Shown here piece by piece: positions 51,296 through 63,079 of a stretch of DNA of 64,000 bases. Within the stretch, counting starts at the first letter, position 1, and each line of letters begins with the position of its first letter. The stretch comes from Chiloscyllium plagiosum (lineage: Eukaryota). The notes beneath the pieces are model-generated. The model was not told the DNA's origin, did not search any database, and was given only the letters and a program-made list of their open reading frames with translations. Both the position numbers and the translations under genes were made by a program. Location of the stretch: contig NC_057752.1 of NCBI RefSeq assembly GCF_004010195.1, positions 11,379,160-11,443,159 of the forward strand, given 5' to 3'.

Positions 51296-51664
51296 GTATT
51301 TCTGGAGATCAGTGTTCTGTGATAGTGCCAGAACATGCCTTGGCTGTAGTTGGTGGGTGTGTAGAAATCCAGTGTACTTTTGATCATACGATCAATTATA
51401 CCTACAGAAAAGCAATATGGATTAAAAAAGGTGTTAATGCTATGAAGCCCAGTGCCTCGGTCCTTTATGATTCAGAACATCCAAGCAACCAACAGAGTGA
51501 CTATTGTGGGAGGGTTGTATTCACTGGTGACTTTGGAAAAACACAATGCTCCCTTCTCCTAAACGATATTAGGAAGACTGATGAGGGAACCTATCAAGTC
51601 ATTCTGGTATTCGTTTCAGAAGTCAACGTCACTGAACATTCTGAGTTCAATATCTCTGTTTCAG
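51296..51664 (+). CDS. Siglec/MAG-like Ig gene, N-terminal V-set domain exon
   Basis: Acceptor tttctcag and donor G|gtgagt. The 369-nt phase 1-1 exon is open: GISGDQCSVIVPEHALAVVGGCVEIQCTF...AIW...GRVVFTGD...CSLLLNDIRKTDEGTYQVI...FNISVS. It has the Siglec GxCVxIxCxF and CSL/DxGxY pattern. Confidence 0.9.
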
Positions 51665-52219
51665 GTGAGTGTGCCTGTATTTTGTTTACTATTCTCGTTC
51701 AAGTACTTCATTTTGAATCCTTGCTATTTCAAATTGCTCAATATCCTAATGTCCCAGACGATCTCAAATAAGACGAAGAGAGACAGAGTTCAGTCCTGAG
51801 GAAAGGTCACCAGACCCGAAACGGTAACTCTGATTTCTCTGCTGCCTGATCTGCTGAGCTTTTCCAGCAACTTCAGTTTCTGTTAACGTTTCGGGACCCC
51901 CATCAGCTCTCAAATTGTTGCTAAAACAAGAGAGACAGGAACCAGAGACCAGAGGACATTAAACAGAATAATGATGATGAAAGTAAACTAAGGATTAATG
52001 TTGGAGAATATATAATATTCACAGATCCATGATGTTGCTATATCACTCCGAGGAATTGTTTAGAATAGCAAGCTCCTTGCAATGTACATCCGAAAACAAA
52101 GATCAACGTATCATTTGAAAAAAAGAAAACCGAATGTTGTTTTGCTGATCTAGTTGAAAACTTCTTTCGCATTTAAAAAGACAAACCATTCTAACAGACC
52201 TTCCCTGCTTCACTTACAG

Positions 52220-52519
52220 AAAAACCAACCATTTCACATGTTGGAGAAATTATTGCAGGCCAAATTGTACGATTGAAATGCTCGGTCAGTCAGAACTGCC
52301 CGAATGGCAACCTACAATTGAAATGGACTTATCACAACCAGTCAATTCCTCTTCAATGGGACGCCGAAGGAAAAGATGAAAGTTCGAATTCTCGGACAGT
52401 TTCATCCGTGCTAACATTGATTCCATCAGCTGTCAATCACGGGACAATGCTCAAATGTACAATTACAAGCGACAGCTTCCAAATTTCCTCTCCTGAAACT
52501 CTCATCTTGCAGGTTAAGT
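52220..52519 (+). CDS. Siglec/MAG-like Ig gene, C2-set domain 2 exon
   Basis: Acceptor cacttacag and donor T|gtgagt. The 300-nt phase 1-1 exon reads (E)KPTISHVGEIIAGQIVRLKCSVSQNCP...LKW...SVLTLIPSAVNHGTMLKC...LILQVK. The C-x5-CP motif is typical of Siglec domain 2. Confidence 0.9.
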
Positions 52520-53059
52520 GTGAGTGCTTGTTTCAAAGATCGTCATTCTTAGATGTTGTACCCAGCTTTTTTTTTTACTGGCTGTAGGTTAGCTCAGTTG
52601 GATGGCTGGTTTCTGGTACAGACTAACCCTAACAGTGTGGGTTCTATTCCCACATCAGCTGAAGTTGCCATAAAGGATTAAGCCCCCTCTCCTGAGGGGT
52701 GCGTGACCATCTAGTTAGACCACCAATCAGTTGCTTCTCCTTAATGAGATAGCAGCTCCATTGTCAAGTTGGACAATGATAACTTTATGAAGAATTAAGT
52801 GGCTCTTTAGCCTTTGTTGCGAAATTGTTCTACATGCATCGTCGTCTGTTCTACGACAAATAACCCATGAATTGGTGCGTGATTTGGGACTTCAGAATAA
52901 TCAATCCCGAAAATAGTCAAATGCATTCAAGTCCTTAATCTGAACATGATTTCCACATGACAGATGGTAGCACTGCCTGGGAATCAGAATGGGTCCTCAT
53001 TCTCATAGAACAGTCCAGCACAGGCCCTTTGGCCTTCAATGTTGTGCCGCCCTGTTATC

Positions 53060-54897
53060 CTTAGGGACAGCTGGAAAATGGGAAGCCTTCAAAAATCAGA
53101 TAACTAGAGTCCAGAGACAGTATATTCCTGTGCGGGTGAAAGGAAAGGCTGGTAGGTGCAGAGAATACTGGCTGACGAGAGAAATTGAGGGTTTGGTTAA
53201 GAAAAAGTAGGAAGCAGATATCAAGTATAGACAGCAGAGATCGTGTTAATCCTTCGAAGAGTATAAAGGCAGTAGGAGTATACTTAAGAGAGAAATCAGG
53301 AGGGCAAAAAGGAGACATGAGATAGCTTTGGCAAATAGGGTTAAGGAGAATCCAAAGACATTTTATAAATACATTAAGGACAAAAGGATAACTAGGGAGA
53401 GAATAGGTCCCCTCAAAAATCAGTAAGACGGCCTTTGTGTGGAGCCACAGGAGATGGGGGAGATACTAAACGAGTATTTTGCATCAGTGTTTACCGTGGA
53501 GAAGGACATGGAAAATATGGAATGTAGGGAAATAGATGGTGACATCTTGAAAGGTGTCCATACTACAGAGGAGGAGGTACTGGATGTCTTGAAACACATA
53601 AAAGTGGATAAATCCCTAGGACCTGATCAGGTATTCCCTCGAACGCTGTGGGAAACTAGGGAAGTGTTTGCTGGGCCTCCTGCTGAGATGTTTGTATCAT
53701 CGATAGTTGCAGGTGAGGTGCCGGAAGACTGGAGGTTGGCAAACGTGGTAGACTGATTAGCAAGGTTAGAGATCACGGAATACAGGGAGATCTAGCCATT
53801 TGGATACAGAATTGGCTCAAAGGTAGAAGACAGAGGGTGGTGGTGGAGGGGTTGCTTTTCAGACTGGAGGCCTGTGACCAGTGGAGTGCCACAAGGATTG
53901 GTGCTGGGTCCACTACTTTTTGTCATTTATATAAATGATTTGGATGTGAGCATAAGAGGTATATTTAGTAAGTTTGCAGATAGCATCAAAACTGGAGGTG
54001 TAGTGAATAGCAAAGAAAGTTACCTCAGAGTACAACGGGATCTTGATCAGATGAGCCAGTGGGCTGAGGAGTGGCAGATGGAGTTTAATTTAGATAAGTG
54101 TGAGGTGCTGCATTTTGGGAAAGCAGATTTTAGCAGGACTCACTTAATGGTAAAGTCCTCGGGAGTGTTGCTGAACAAAGAAACCTTGGAGTGCAGGTTC
54201 ATAGTTCCTTAAAAGTAGAGTTTCAGGTAGATAGGATAGTGAAGAAGGCGTTTGGTATGCTTTCCTTTATTGGTCAGAGCATTGAGTATAGAAGTCGGGA
54301 GGTCATGTTGCGGCTGTACAGGATGTTGGTTAGGCCACTGTTGGAATATTGCGTGCAATTCTGGTCTCCTTCCTATCAGAAAGATGTTATGAAACTTGAA
54401 AGGGTTCAGGAAAGATTTGCAAGGATGTTGCCAGGGTTGGAGGATTTGAGCTATAGGGAGAGGCTGAATAGGCTGGGGTTTCTTTCCCTGGAGCATCAGA
54501 GGCTGAGGGGTGACCTTATAGAGGTTTATAAAATCATGAGGGGCATGAATAGGGGAAATGGACATGGTCTTTTCCCTGGGATGGGGGAGTCCAAACCTAG
54601 AGGACATAAGTTTAGGGTGAGAGGTGAAAGATATAAAAGGGACTTAAGGGCAACGTTTTCACACAGAGGGTGGTACTCGTACAGAATGAGCTGCCAGAGC
54701 AAGTGGTGGAGGCTGGTACAATTGCAGTATTTAAAAGACATCTGGATGGGTATATGAATATGAAGGGTTTAGAGGGATATGGGCCAAGTGCTGGCAAGTG
54801 GGACTAGATTAGGTTAGGATATCTGGTTGGCATGGACGAGTTGGACCGAAGGGTTTGTTTTCTGCTGTACATCTCTATGACTCAATGACTCTACTCT
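53060..54897 (+). mobile_element. CR1-type LINE ORF2, 5'-truncated with an internal deletion
   Basis: ORFs 53439-53756, 53874-54212 (SGVPQGLVLGP, SKFADS) and 54191-54757. CTCTATGACTC tail. Confidence 0.93.
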
Positions 54898-54899
54898 AA

Positions 54900-55890
54900 G
54901 ATCAGACTAACCTACGCACCTTTTGATTGTATTATCATCCATGTGCCTATCCAAGAGTTGCTTAAATGTCCCTCATGTCTCTGACTCCGGTACCACTGCT
55001 GGCAGTGCATTCCACACACCCACCACTCTCTGTGTAAAGAACTGACCTCTGACATCTCCCCCAAACCTTCCTCCAATCACCTTAAAACTATGCCCCCTTG
55101 TGACAGCCATTTCTGCTCTGGGAAAATGTCTCTGGTTGTCCACTCCATCTATGCCTCCCATCATCTTGTACACTTCTATCAAGTCACCTCTCATCCTCCT
55201 TCGCTCCAATGAGAAAAGCCCTAGCTCCCTGAACCTTTCTTCATAAGACATGCCCTCCAGTCCAGGCAGCATCCGAGTAAATCTCCTCTGCACCCTCTCT
55301 AAAGCTTCCACATCCTTCCTATAAGGAGGTGACCAGAACTGAACACAATATTCCAGATGTGGTCTAACCAGGGCTCTGGAGAGCTGCACCATAACCTCGC
55401 AACTCTTAAACTCAATCCCCCTGCCAATGAAAGCCAACACACCATATGTCTTCTTAACAACCCTGCTAGACAAAAGTGAGGACTGCAGATGCTGGAGATC
55501 AGAGCCTAGATTCGAGTGGTGCTGGAAAAGCACAGCAGGTCAAGCAGCATATGAGGAGCAGGAAAATCGACGTTTCGGGCAAAAGCCCTTCATCAGGAAT
55601 GAATCATTCCTGATGAAGGGCTTTTGCCCAAAACTTCAATCTTCTTAACAACCCTGTCAGCTTAGGTGACAACTTTGAGGGGTCTATGGACATGGACCCC
55701 AAGATCCCTCTGTTCCTCCACACTGTCAAGAATCCTGCCTTTCACCCTGTATTCTGCATTCAAATTCGACCTTACAAAGTGAATCACGTCACACTTTTCC
55801 AGTTTGAACTCCATCTGCCACTTCTCAGCCCAGTTCTGCATCCTGTCAATGTCCCATTGCAACCTGCAACAGCCCTCCACACTATCCACC
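54900..55890 (-). mobile_element. CR1-type LINE 3' fragment, tail-to-tail with the preceding CR1
   Basis: ORF 54973-55533 (ALVRPHLEYCVQFWSP...TRGHSFKV) and 55662-55889 (WAEKWQMEF). Confidence 0.92.
55466..55639. mobile_element. Family A fold-back mini-element with a 17-bp TSD inside a CR1
   Basis: TSD TCTTCTTAACAACCCTG (55449-55465 and 55640-55656). Centre CCCTTCATCAGGAATGA-A-TCATTCCTGATGAAGGG. Intact hammerhead core on the minus strand at 55565-55600. Confidence 0.9.
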
Positions 55891-57382
55891 GCTCAAAGCA
55901 CCTTCAACAACGAGCACATAGCAATGAACTGGGTGTAGGGATGGTGTTGCTGGGTGTGTTTGTTTCACGTTTTATGTCGGTGAATTAGCTTTGAAGCAAT
56001 GTCCACCGAGTGTGAATAGGAATTATTCATTCCCAATTTAAATACAGACTCTCTCCTGCTAATGTATAGGGAGGTCAGCTCATCATTGTCATAGTGCTTT
56101 CCCACCCATGCCAGTTTATGATGGGTGAGTGTTGTAAATCTATCAGTGAGTTTATGGCAGGCCCTCTCTAGCTCGTATCCCACATCATTACTTCAACAGC
56201 TGTTGGTGTATCATGATACTCAGTGTTGTTTCCATGTGTGGAGATCAATATTTTGAAAACAAAACAATCTCAACTTCGCAAGCAGCGATTAAATAAAAGA
56301 TGGACAATATTTAATTTTCACAACCTAAAACCTTTCCCGTAACAAGGAAATGATACTCTCCCAAAAAAACCTGATCCCTCTCAGCTCTACTCCCAGAGCT
56401 GTGATGATGGTTCCTATTCCTGCTGATGTGCCATGCCTTTCTTCCGGAGCTTTCTCAGTGTCACTCCGGTCTGCCCCCACCATCTGCACTTTCACTGCAA
56501 GAGAAACAGCGATTGCTGCATCTGTGGAGAGAGAGAGAGAGTTAACATTTCGAGTCTATTTCTGAAGAAGTCCTGCTGGACTCGAAGCGTTAACTCTGTT
56601 TCATTGATGAGCCTCTGTCTTCCGAGTCACCTGTGGTCACAGGCTTACTTCCATTTCACAGAAATGAAGCGAGTTTTTCCATCCTCTCTCAACGCAGCCC
56701 ACCTCCCCCCCCCCCCCTCCAAAAACACAGCGCACAGTGGCCTGATGTCTTTTTATCAGGTTAAAATAAATTTATAAACACAGCGCAGACAGCAGTTCTC
56801 CAACAACAGTTTTCCGAGACCCAGCTCTGAGTTTAAAGCGATCAATGTGAATTCCACCACATCGTTTGCTGTACACATGAACAGGACTATGTCATTCAGT
56901 CCATCAAGAATTCATTGCTTTTCAAAAAGACCATGACTTATCTAATTGTAGCCTCAAAATCGAATTCATTCCCACTTCTGATACCTTTCAACCCCACAGT
57001 GAACAAAACTCTACCTCTCACACCAATCCATACCCTCACGAGTATCATGATGAATCTTTGATACTCCATTGGAAACAAGCCTGGCCTGCCCAACCTTTCC
57101 ATCCCAGGTGTTAGCCCATGAACTTTCCCCAGATTGCCTCCATCACAATTCCATTCTTCCTTTAATAAGGTGACCAATACTGATTCCAGTCATCCAGATG
57201 CAGTCTCACTAGAGTCTTTAATAACTGAAACCTAATGTACCGACTTTTGCATTCAGTTCCCCTCATGATAAACGATAGCCATTCCCTTTCCTGATTACTT
57301 GCTGCGGCTATACATTAGCCATTTTGTGATTCATGCATGAAGACACCCAGGTCCCTGTGCATTTCAGACTTCTGCAAAATAT

Positions 57383-58223
57383 TTCCCTCCCCACCCCTAT
57401 CAGCGTTCCGAAAAGACCACTCCCTCCGTGACTCCCTCGTCAGGTCCACACCCCCGACCAACCCAACCTCCACTCCCGGCACCTTCCCCTGCAACCGCAA
57501 GAAATGCAAAACTTGCGCCCACACCTCCCCCCTTATTTCCCTCCAAGGCCCCAAGGGATCCTTCCATATCCGCCACAAATTCACCTGCACCTCCACACAC
57601 ATCATTTACTGCATCCGCTGCACCCGATGTGGCCTCTTCTATATTGGAGAGACAGGCCGCCTACTTGCGGAACGTTTCAGAGAACACCTCTGGGACACCC
57701 GGACCAACCAACCCAACCACCCCGTGGCTCAACACTTCAACTCCCCCTCCCACTCCACCAAGGACATGCAGGTCCTTGGACTCCTCCATCGCCAGACCAT
57801 AGCAACACGACGGCTGGAGGAAGAGTGCCTCATCTTCCGCCTAGGAACCCTCCAACCACAAGGGATGAACTCAGATTTCTCCAGTTTCCTCATTTCCCCT
57901 CCCCCCACCTTGTCTCAGTCCCAACCCTCAAACTCAGCACCACCTTCCTAACCTGCAATCTTTTTCCTGACCTCCACCCCTACTCCGGCCTATCACCCTC
58001 ACCTTAACCTCCTTCCACCTATCGCATTTACAAAGCTCGTCCCCCAAGTCCCTCCTCCCTACCTTTTATCTTAGCCTGCTTGGCACACTCTCCTCATTCC
58101 TGAAGAAGGGATCATGCCCGAAACGTCGATTCTCCTGCTCCTTGGATGCTGCCTGACCTGCTGCGCTTTTCCAGCAACACATTTTCAGCTCTGATCTCCA
58201 GCATCTGCAGTCCTCACTTTCTC
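57383..58223 (+). mobile_element. Penelope-like element (Neptune-type, family A), 5'-truncated, with an open GIY-YIG endonuclease frame
   Basis: ORF ...GTFPCNRKKCKTCAH...FTCTSTHIIYCIRCTRCGLFYIGETGRLLAERFREHL...VAQHFN...LGTLQPQGMN: a Cys-rich linker plus GIY-YIG. TSD CTTCTGCAAAATAT (57369-57382 and 58224-58237). Confidence 0.95.
58096..58131 (+). ncRNA. Minimal hammerhead ribozyme motif (family A)
   Basis: ATTC-CTGAAGA-A-GGG atcatg CCC-GAAA-CG-TC-GATT, downstream of the GIY-YIG stop codon. Stem II is shortened. Confidence 0.6.
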
Positions 58224-61200
58224 CTTCTGCAAAATATCCCCATTTAGATGGTATGCTTTTTTTATTCTTCCTGCCAAAATGGACAATTTCCCACATTATA
58301 ATTGATTTGCCACCACCATGCCCACTTAGTTTACCGAATAATATGTGTTTGGAAGCTTATTGTCTCCACCTCACAACTTCCTTTCTTGGTTTTCTTTGTG
58401 TGTTCAGCAAAATTGTTAACTCTAGCTTATTTCCTGTCATCAAAGTCATTTATAGAAATTTTAAGTGTTTTAAGTACCAGCACGACTTCCTATGGCACAC
58501 TACTCATTACATCATAAAAATACATAGTTACCTCTGCTGTCTGCTTCCTGTCAGCCACCAATCTTCTATCTTGCATTTTCCACATTAACCCTTGATGTGG
58601 CAAATTATAAACCAGCTTCTGAATATATAAATACGGTATAAACCATTGGTTCCCTGATATCCGCAGCACTTGTTATTTCCTCAAATAGCTCCCATAAATT
58701 GGTCAAATGAGATTCCCCTTTCAGAATAAACATTTTTATTCTGTTTTATTACTTTGAACTTGTACAAGTGACATTCTGCAACCTATTTATGAATAGCTTC
58801 TATCATTTCCCCATGATAGATGTCAAGATCATTGGTCTTGTTTCTATCACGCCCTCTTTTTGAATGAAGAAGTTACATTTGCTGTAACCCAATCTAATGA
58901 GACCATCCCTGAATCAAGGGAGTTTTGGAAAATTAAATCCGACGTCCCTACGATCTCACCAGCAATTTGTTTTAAAAGGCCAGGATGAAGGCCAATTTAT
59001 CATCAGGTTACAGTTCCAATAATGTACTCATTTACAATTCTGTTGATTGTGATTTTCTTGTGTTCCTCACTCATTTCCATTTCCTGATTCATTGATGCTT
59101 CTGACATGTTACTTGTATCCTCTGTCATGAAGAATCCTGAAAAGGGCCTGCTCCATTCATCAGCTGTTTCCTTAGTTTCCTTCATTAATTCTCAAATCCG
59201 CATTTCTATAGGACTAACACTGACTGTGTTAACTCTTTTCTTCTTTAAATATTTCTGAAACCTCTTACTCTCTGTTTTTATGTTTCTGGTAAACTTTATT
59301 TCTGTCTTGAATATTGCAACCCCTTCTTAATTCTTAGTCATTATTTTCTGTTTCATTTTATATTCTGAAATGCCGCCTGATCATTGCACAATTATATATG
59401 TTGCCTTGGATTCGTTTCTGTTCATTGGAATGTATCTGTTCTGTAAATTCTGAAATGCCCGTTAAATGTATACCAATGTGTCTCTATTAACCTCTCCTTT
59501 CACTTAATCTGCCAATTCTATGAGACAGCTGTGCTTTCACCTGATCATGACTGTGCTGAATTCAAGTTTGGAGAAGTAGTTTCAGACCCACTCCTCTCTC
59601 CCTCATATTAAATGTAATATTCAATCATGTTATGATCACTGCTATCTTAGGTTGCCTTCAACATCAGATCATTAGTTAATCTGATGTTATGACATAATAC
59701 CACATCTATTATATGCTGCTCTCTGGTCATCTCCAATACTGTTCTCAGATGCCATCCTTAAAACATTCTATGAACTCCTCCTCTAAGCTGCTTTTCTCCA
59801 ACTGGCTTTTCTCAGTCAATATGTATATTAAAATATCCTATGATTATCTTGGTTTATATCAAACAAGCTATCATTATTTCTTCCTTTATGTCACACAATA
59901 CTGTGCAGTTTAGGTTAGGGTCATGTACCTCATTCCCATGAATGACTTCTTGTCTTTGCCATTTCTCATTTCAACCCAAGTTGTTGATATACATTGGTTT
60001 CCCAAACACTGGTCATTTCTTTCTTCTTTGCTAATATCATCATTAACCAACACTCCATTGCTTCTGATTTTCCTATCACTCCTAAATACCCTATACCCTT
60101 CAGGTTCAGTTCGCCAATCATGTCATCCTGCAGCAATGTCTCTGTGATTATCACCATATTGCACTTGTTGATTTCTACTTGCACACACATCCCTTTTCTT
60201 TTGCAATCTTTATAAATTCAGAAATGATGCCTTTAGTTTGATTCTCTGACTCTCTTTCAAAATTAATGTCTTTTTTGTTTGTTGATTCCTCCATTCATCC
60301 TTGCTACCCATTCTGGTCATGATCTGTTTACTATTAACACCTCTGACTTTTCACCCCTCTGCTCCTCTTTTCACTCCTCCACGTACATCCCTCAAGTGCT
60401 TAACCCTTGCACTCTATTTTAAATCACTCTTCAAGTGTTAAGTCACACCAAATTGGCTAGTTTTACATGCTTAGAATGCAAAAGGCTGAGCTGACTAACT
60501 TTGTGAAATCCGGTTTGAATGTGTACTTAATTGCATTGCTCTCACAATGAATCTTTGACAAATAATCCTTTCTTAAAACTAGCTACTGCAGATGTGAAAC
60601 TGCAGGTTCCAATGTAATGTAAATTGCAAACTAAAAACTAAATTAGATGAATCCAATATAATAAAAAAAGATAGACGCTCTTACTAAAAAAAAGCTGCTC
60701 GTGTTCTGTCCTCTAGTATATGCTAGTCTATAGCATATTCTCAGATTGCATGAGCCTTGTACAGTGTCATCTGTTGTTTGTCTAGTTGCCCCCCCCTCCC
60801 AAATCAATAACCACAATAAATTGGAACAATTGGCCACTTTGCAAAGTAGTTTAATGAGGTACAATGGGAGATGTATATGTGGTGATTGCATCTTTCTGAT
60901 TACCAGGGAAGCCCACTTACTGTACATTAATTTATTCAGAAGTAAAAAGCTTTCAAAATTTGAAAACAGCAGATACTCCAAAAAACTTTTAAATAAAATA
61001 ATAACAGCTTTGGCTTTTCACATGGGTGTCACTGGCAGAGCAAATATTTATTGTCCATTGCTTCTAAGGTGGGTATTTAAGGGGCCTGTAGGTTAGTCTC
61101 AGTGAGGATGACTAATTTCCTTCCTTAAAGGCCAAGAATGGAACAGAGAGGGTTTTTTTTAATGACACTCGATAATGTGATCACCATTGATGAGAGCAAT

Positions 61201-61359
61201 TTGATATTCGATCCGATTAGTTAAGTTCAGACTCCACTGGTCACCATGGTGAAACTTGTCACAGTGTTGCAAAGGATTAGTCTGAGAACTTGGGGCAGTA
61301 TCTGTGTAATTTTATCACTGCATCACTGTCTCCCTGTGTAAAATGAATTTCCATAAATT

Positions 61360-62045
61360 GTAATAAAGGCAAACTACTGCGGATGCTGGAAATCTGAAAG
61401 AAGCACAGAGAATGCTGGAGCAACTCGGCAGGTCTGGCAACATTTCTCTCTCTCTCTCTCTCAAGAGCAAATCAGGTTTAACATTTTGAGTCCAACATGA
61501 CTCTACTTCAGAACTGAAATATGTTGAGGAAGGTTTTTTTTAATGTACCTTTGTCAGTGGTGGGGGAGGGGCAAGTGGAACAGATGATGTGGAGGTCCAA
61601 TGCAATAGAAAAACTGTTTGTTAGTGGTGGTGAGAGAGACTTATCAATCTTAATTTACCGGGAAAGGGAGAGACTATGCCCTGTCTACTCGGGGTACTAA
61701 ACAAGACAGAAACATTATATGGCTTGCAGGGGGAAGGAGGAATAGGTGGGGGCGTGTTGTATGGTCGATGGAGAACAAGTATCATGCGGTCAGTTTCTGA
61801 GGTTATGGAAGTCATTAATGATACCTAGATGCTGTTACACAGCGAAGTGGAAAATGAGGCACTGTTCCTGGAGCTTGTGTGGTGTTTTGTTGAAACTTTG
61901 TAGCAGGCCCAGGATGGAAATGTCAGCTTGAGAGAGGGCAAGATGATTTATTGAAAAGGTAAGGAACTGGGAGGTCAGGGTCACTGCTATGGACAGAGCG
62001 GAGGTGTTCGGCAAAGCAGTCACTCAGTCTGTGTTTGGTCTCATT
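61360..62045 (-). mobile_element. Older Penelope-like element ending in the family B terminal repeat
   Basis: Minus-strand ADISILGLLQSFNKTPHKLQEQCLIFHF parallels the family A EN C-terminus. 61360-61520 is the family B end. Confidence 0.65.
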
Positions 62046-62639
62046 AAAGGAGGCCCTGTAAGTTCAAAGAACACGACCTCCTATTCTGCTGATGCACTTT
62101 ACAGTCTTGAAGCCTCAATATGGAATGTCATAGCTTTTTTTTCTTGCATTTTTCCCCTAACACCCTCTCAAACATTTTCCTCTTTACTTTGTTGTCAGTG
62201 GGGAGGGCCCACTCTTTCCCTTTCACACCCATTTTGCATCTTTCCTTTCACCGCCATTAACAACACTTTTGTCTCTTGCACTGGGCCTTTAATACATTGG
62301 TTCCCCATATCTCTCTTTCAAAAGTAAATATAAAACAAAAAAACAGTCATTTCCTGTCATCTTTCAGCTCTGAAGAAGAGTTGTGTTGGGTTTGAAACAT
62401 TAACTGTGTTTCTTCTGACATAGATACTGAGAGGCCTGCTGAATTTCTCCAGGGTTCTCTGGTTTTGCTCTGCAAATTATATTGGCATTGAGTTAGAAAT
62501 GTAATGCTGAAGGGAATTACGAAGTGGCACATTTAGAGAGACAGAATAAATCCGCTTATCTGAGCAGAAGGACAAGGGCAAGCCTTATTAAACCTGCACA
62601 ATATGGACTTCAGGGTCAGAAATACTGTCTCCTAATGAA

Positions 62640-63079
62640 GTCAAAAAGTATGGCGCTGGAAAATCACAGCAGGTCAGGGAGCATCCTAAGAGCAGGGGAA
62701 TCAACATTTCGGGCATAAGCCCTTCATCAAGAAGGGGTCTAAGAGATAAGTAGGAGGATGGGGGTTGGGCTGGGGGTAAGGTAGCTGGGAAGGCATTAGG
62801 TAGATGGGAAGTGACAATGATAGGTTGGAGCGGAGGGAGGAGGTGGGTAGGAAGACGGACAGGTCGGACAGTTCAAGACAAAAGTGCCAAGTTGGAGGGT
62901 TGGATCTGGGATGAGGTGGGGGGAGGGGAGATGAGGAAACTAGTGAAATCGACTTTGAAGTCATGTGGTTGGAGGGTCCCAAGGTAGAAGATGAGGCATT
63001 CTTCCTCCAGTTGTCGGGTGGCTAGGATTTGGCAGTGGAGGAGGCCCAGTACCAACGCAGAAGATGAGGCGTTCTTCCA
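62640..63079 (-). mobile_element. Family A Penelope-like 3' fragment
   Basis: LGLLHCQILATRQLEEECLIFYLGTLQP on the minus strand, plus the family A terminal region. TGTCTCCT-based repeats at 62626 and 63080. Confidence 0.85.

Larger units (their letters stand above)
56880..60220 (-). mobile_element. Old, highly degenerate CR1-type LINE (endonuclease through 3' end)
   Basis: MVIITETLLQ (59966-60190), WEIVHFGRKNKK (58066-58296) and HRDLGVFMHES remnants. Confidence 0.7.

Noticed and set aside
56330..56700. Antisense donor/acceptor pair (minus-strand intron 56495-56648)
   Set aside because: The spliced product has an immediate stop, and there is no other support. Such motifs arise by chance.
57337..57951. 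Host GIY-YIG nuclease gene, or a selenocysteine-coding element
   Set aside because: It is a TSD-bounded, 5'-truncated multi-copy Penelope fragment, its ATG comes from flanking CR1 DNA, and the frame has no in-frame TGA.
60786..61096. Possible fourth exon of the Siglec-like gene (would give VK-FAPP...)
   Set aside because: The frame is open but lacks Ig Cys/Trp spacing and a transmembrane segment, and it ends in repeat-derived sequence.
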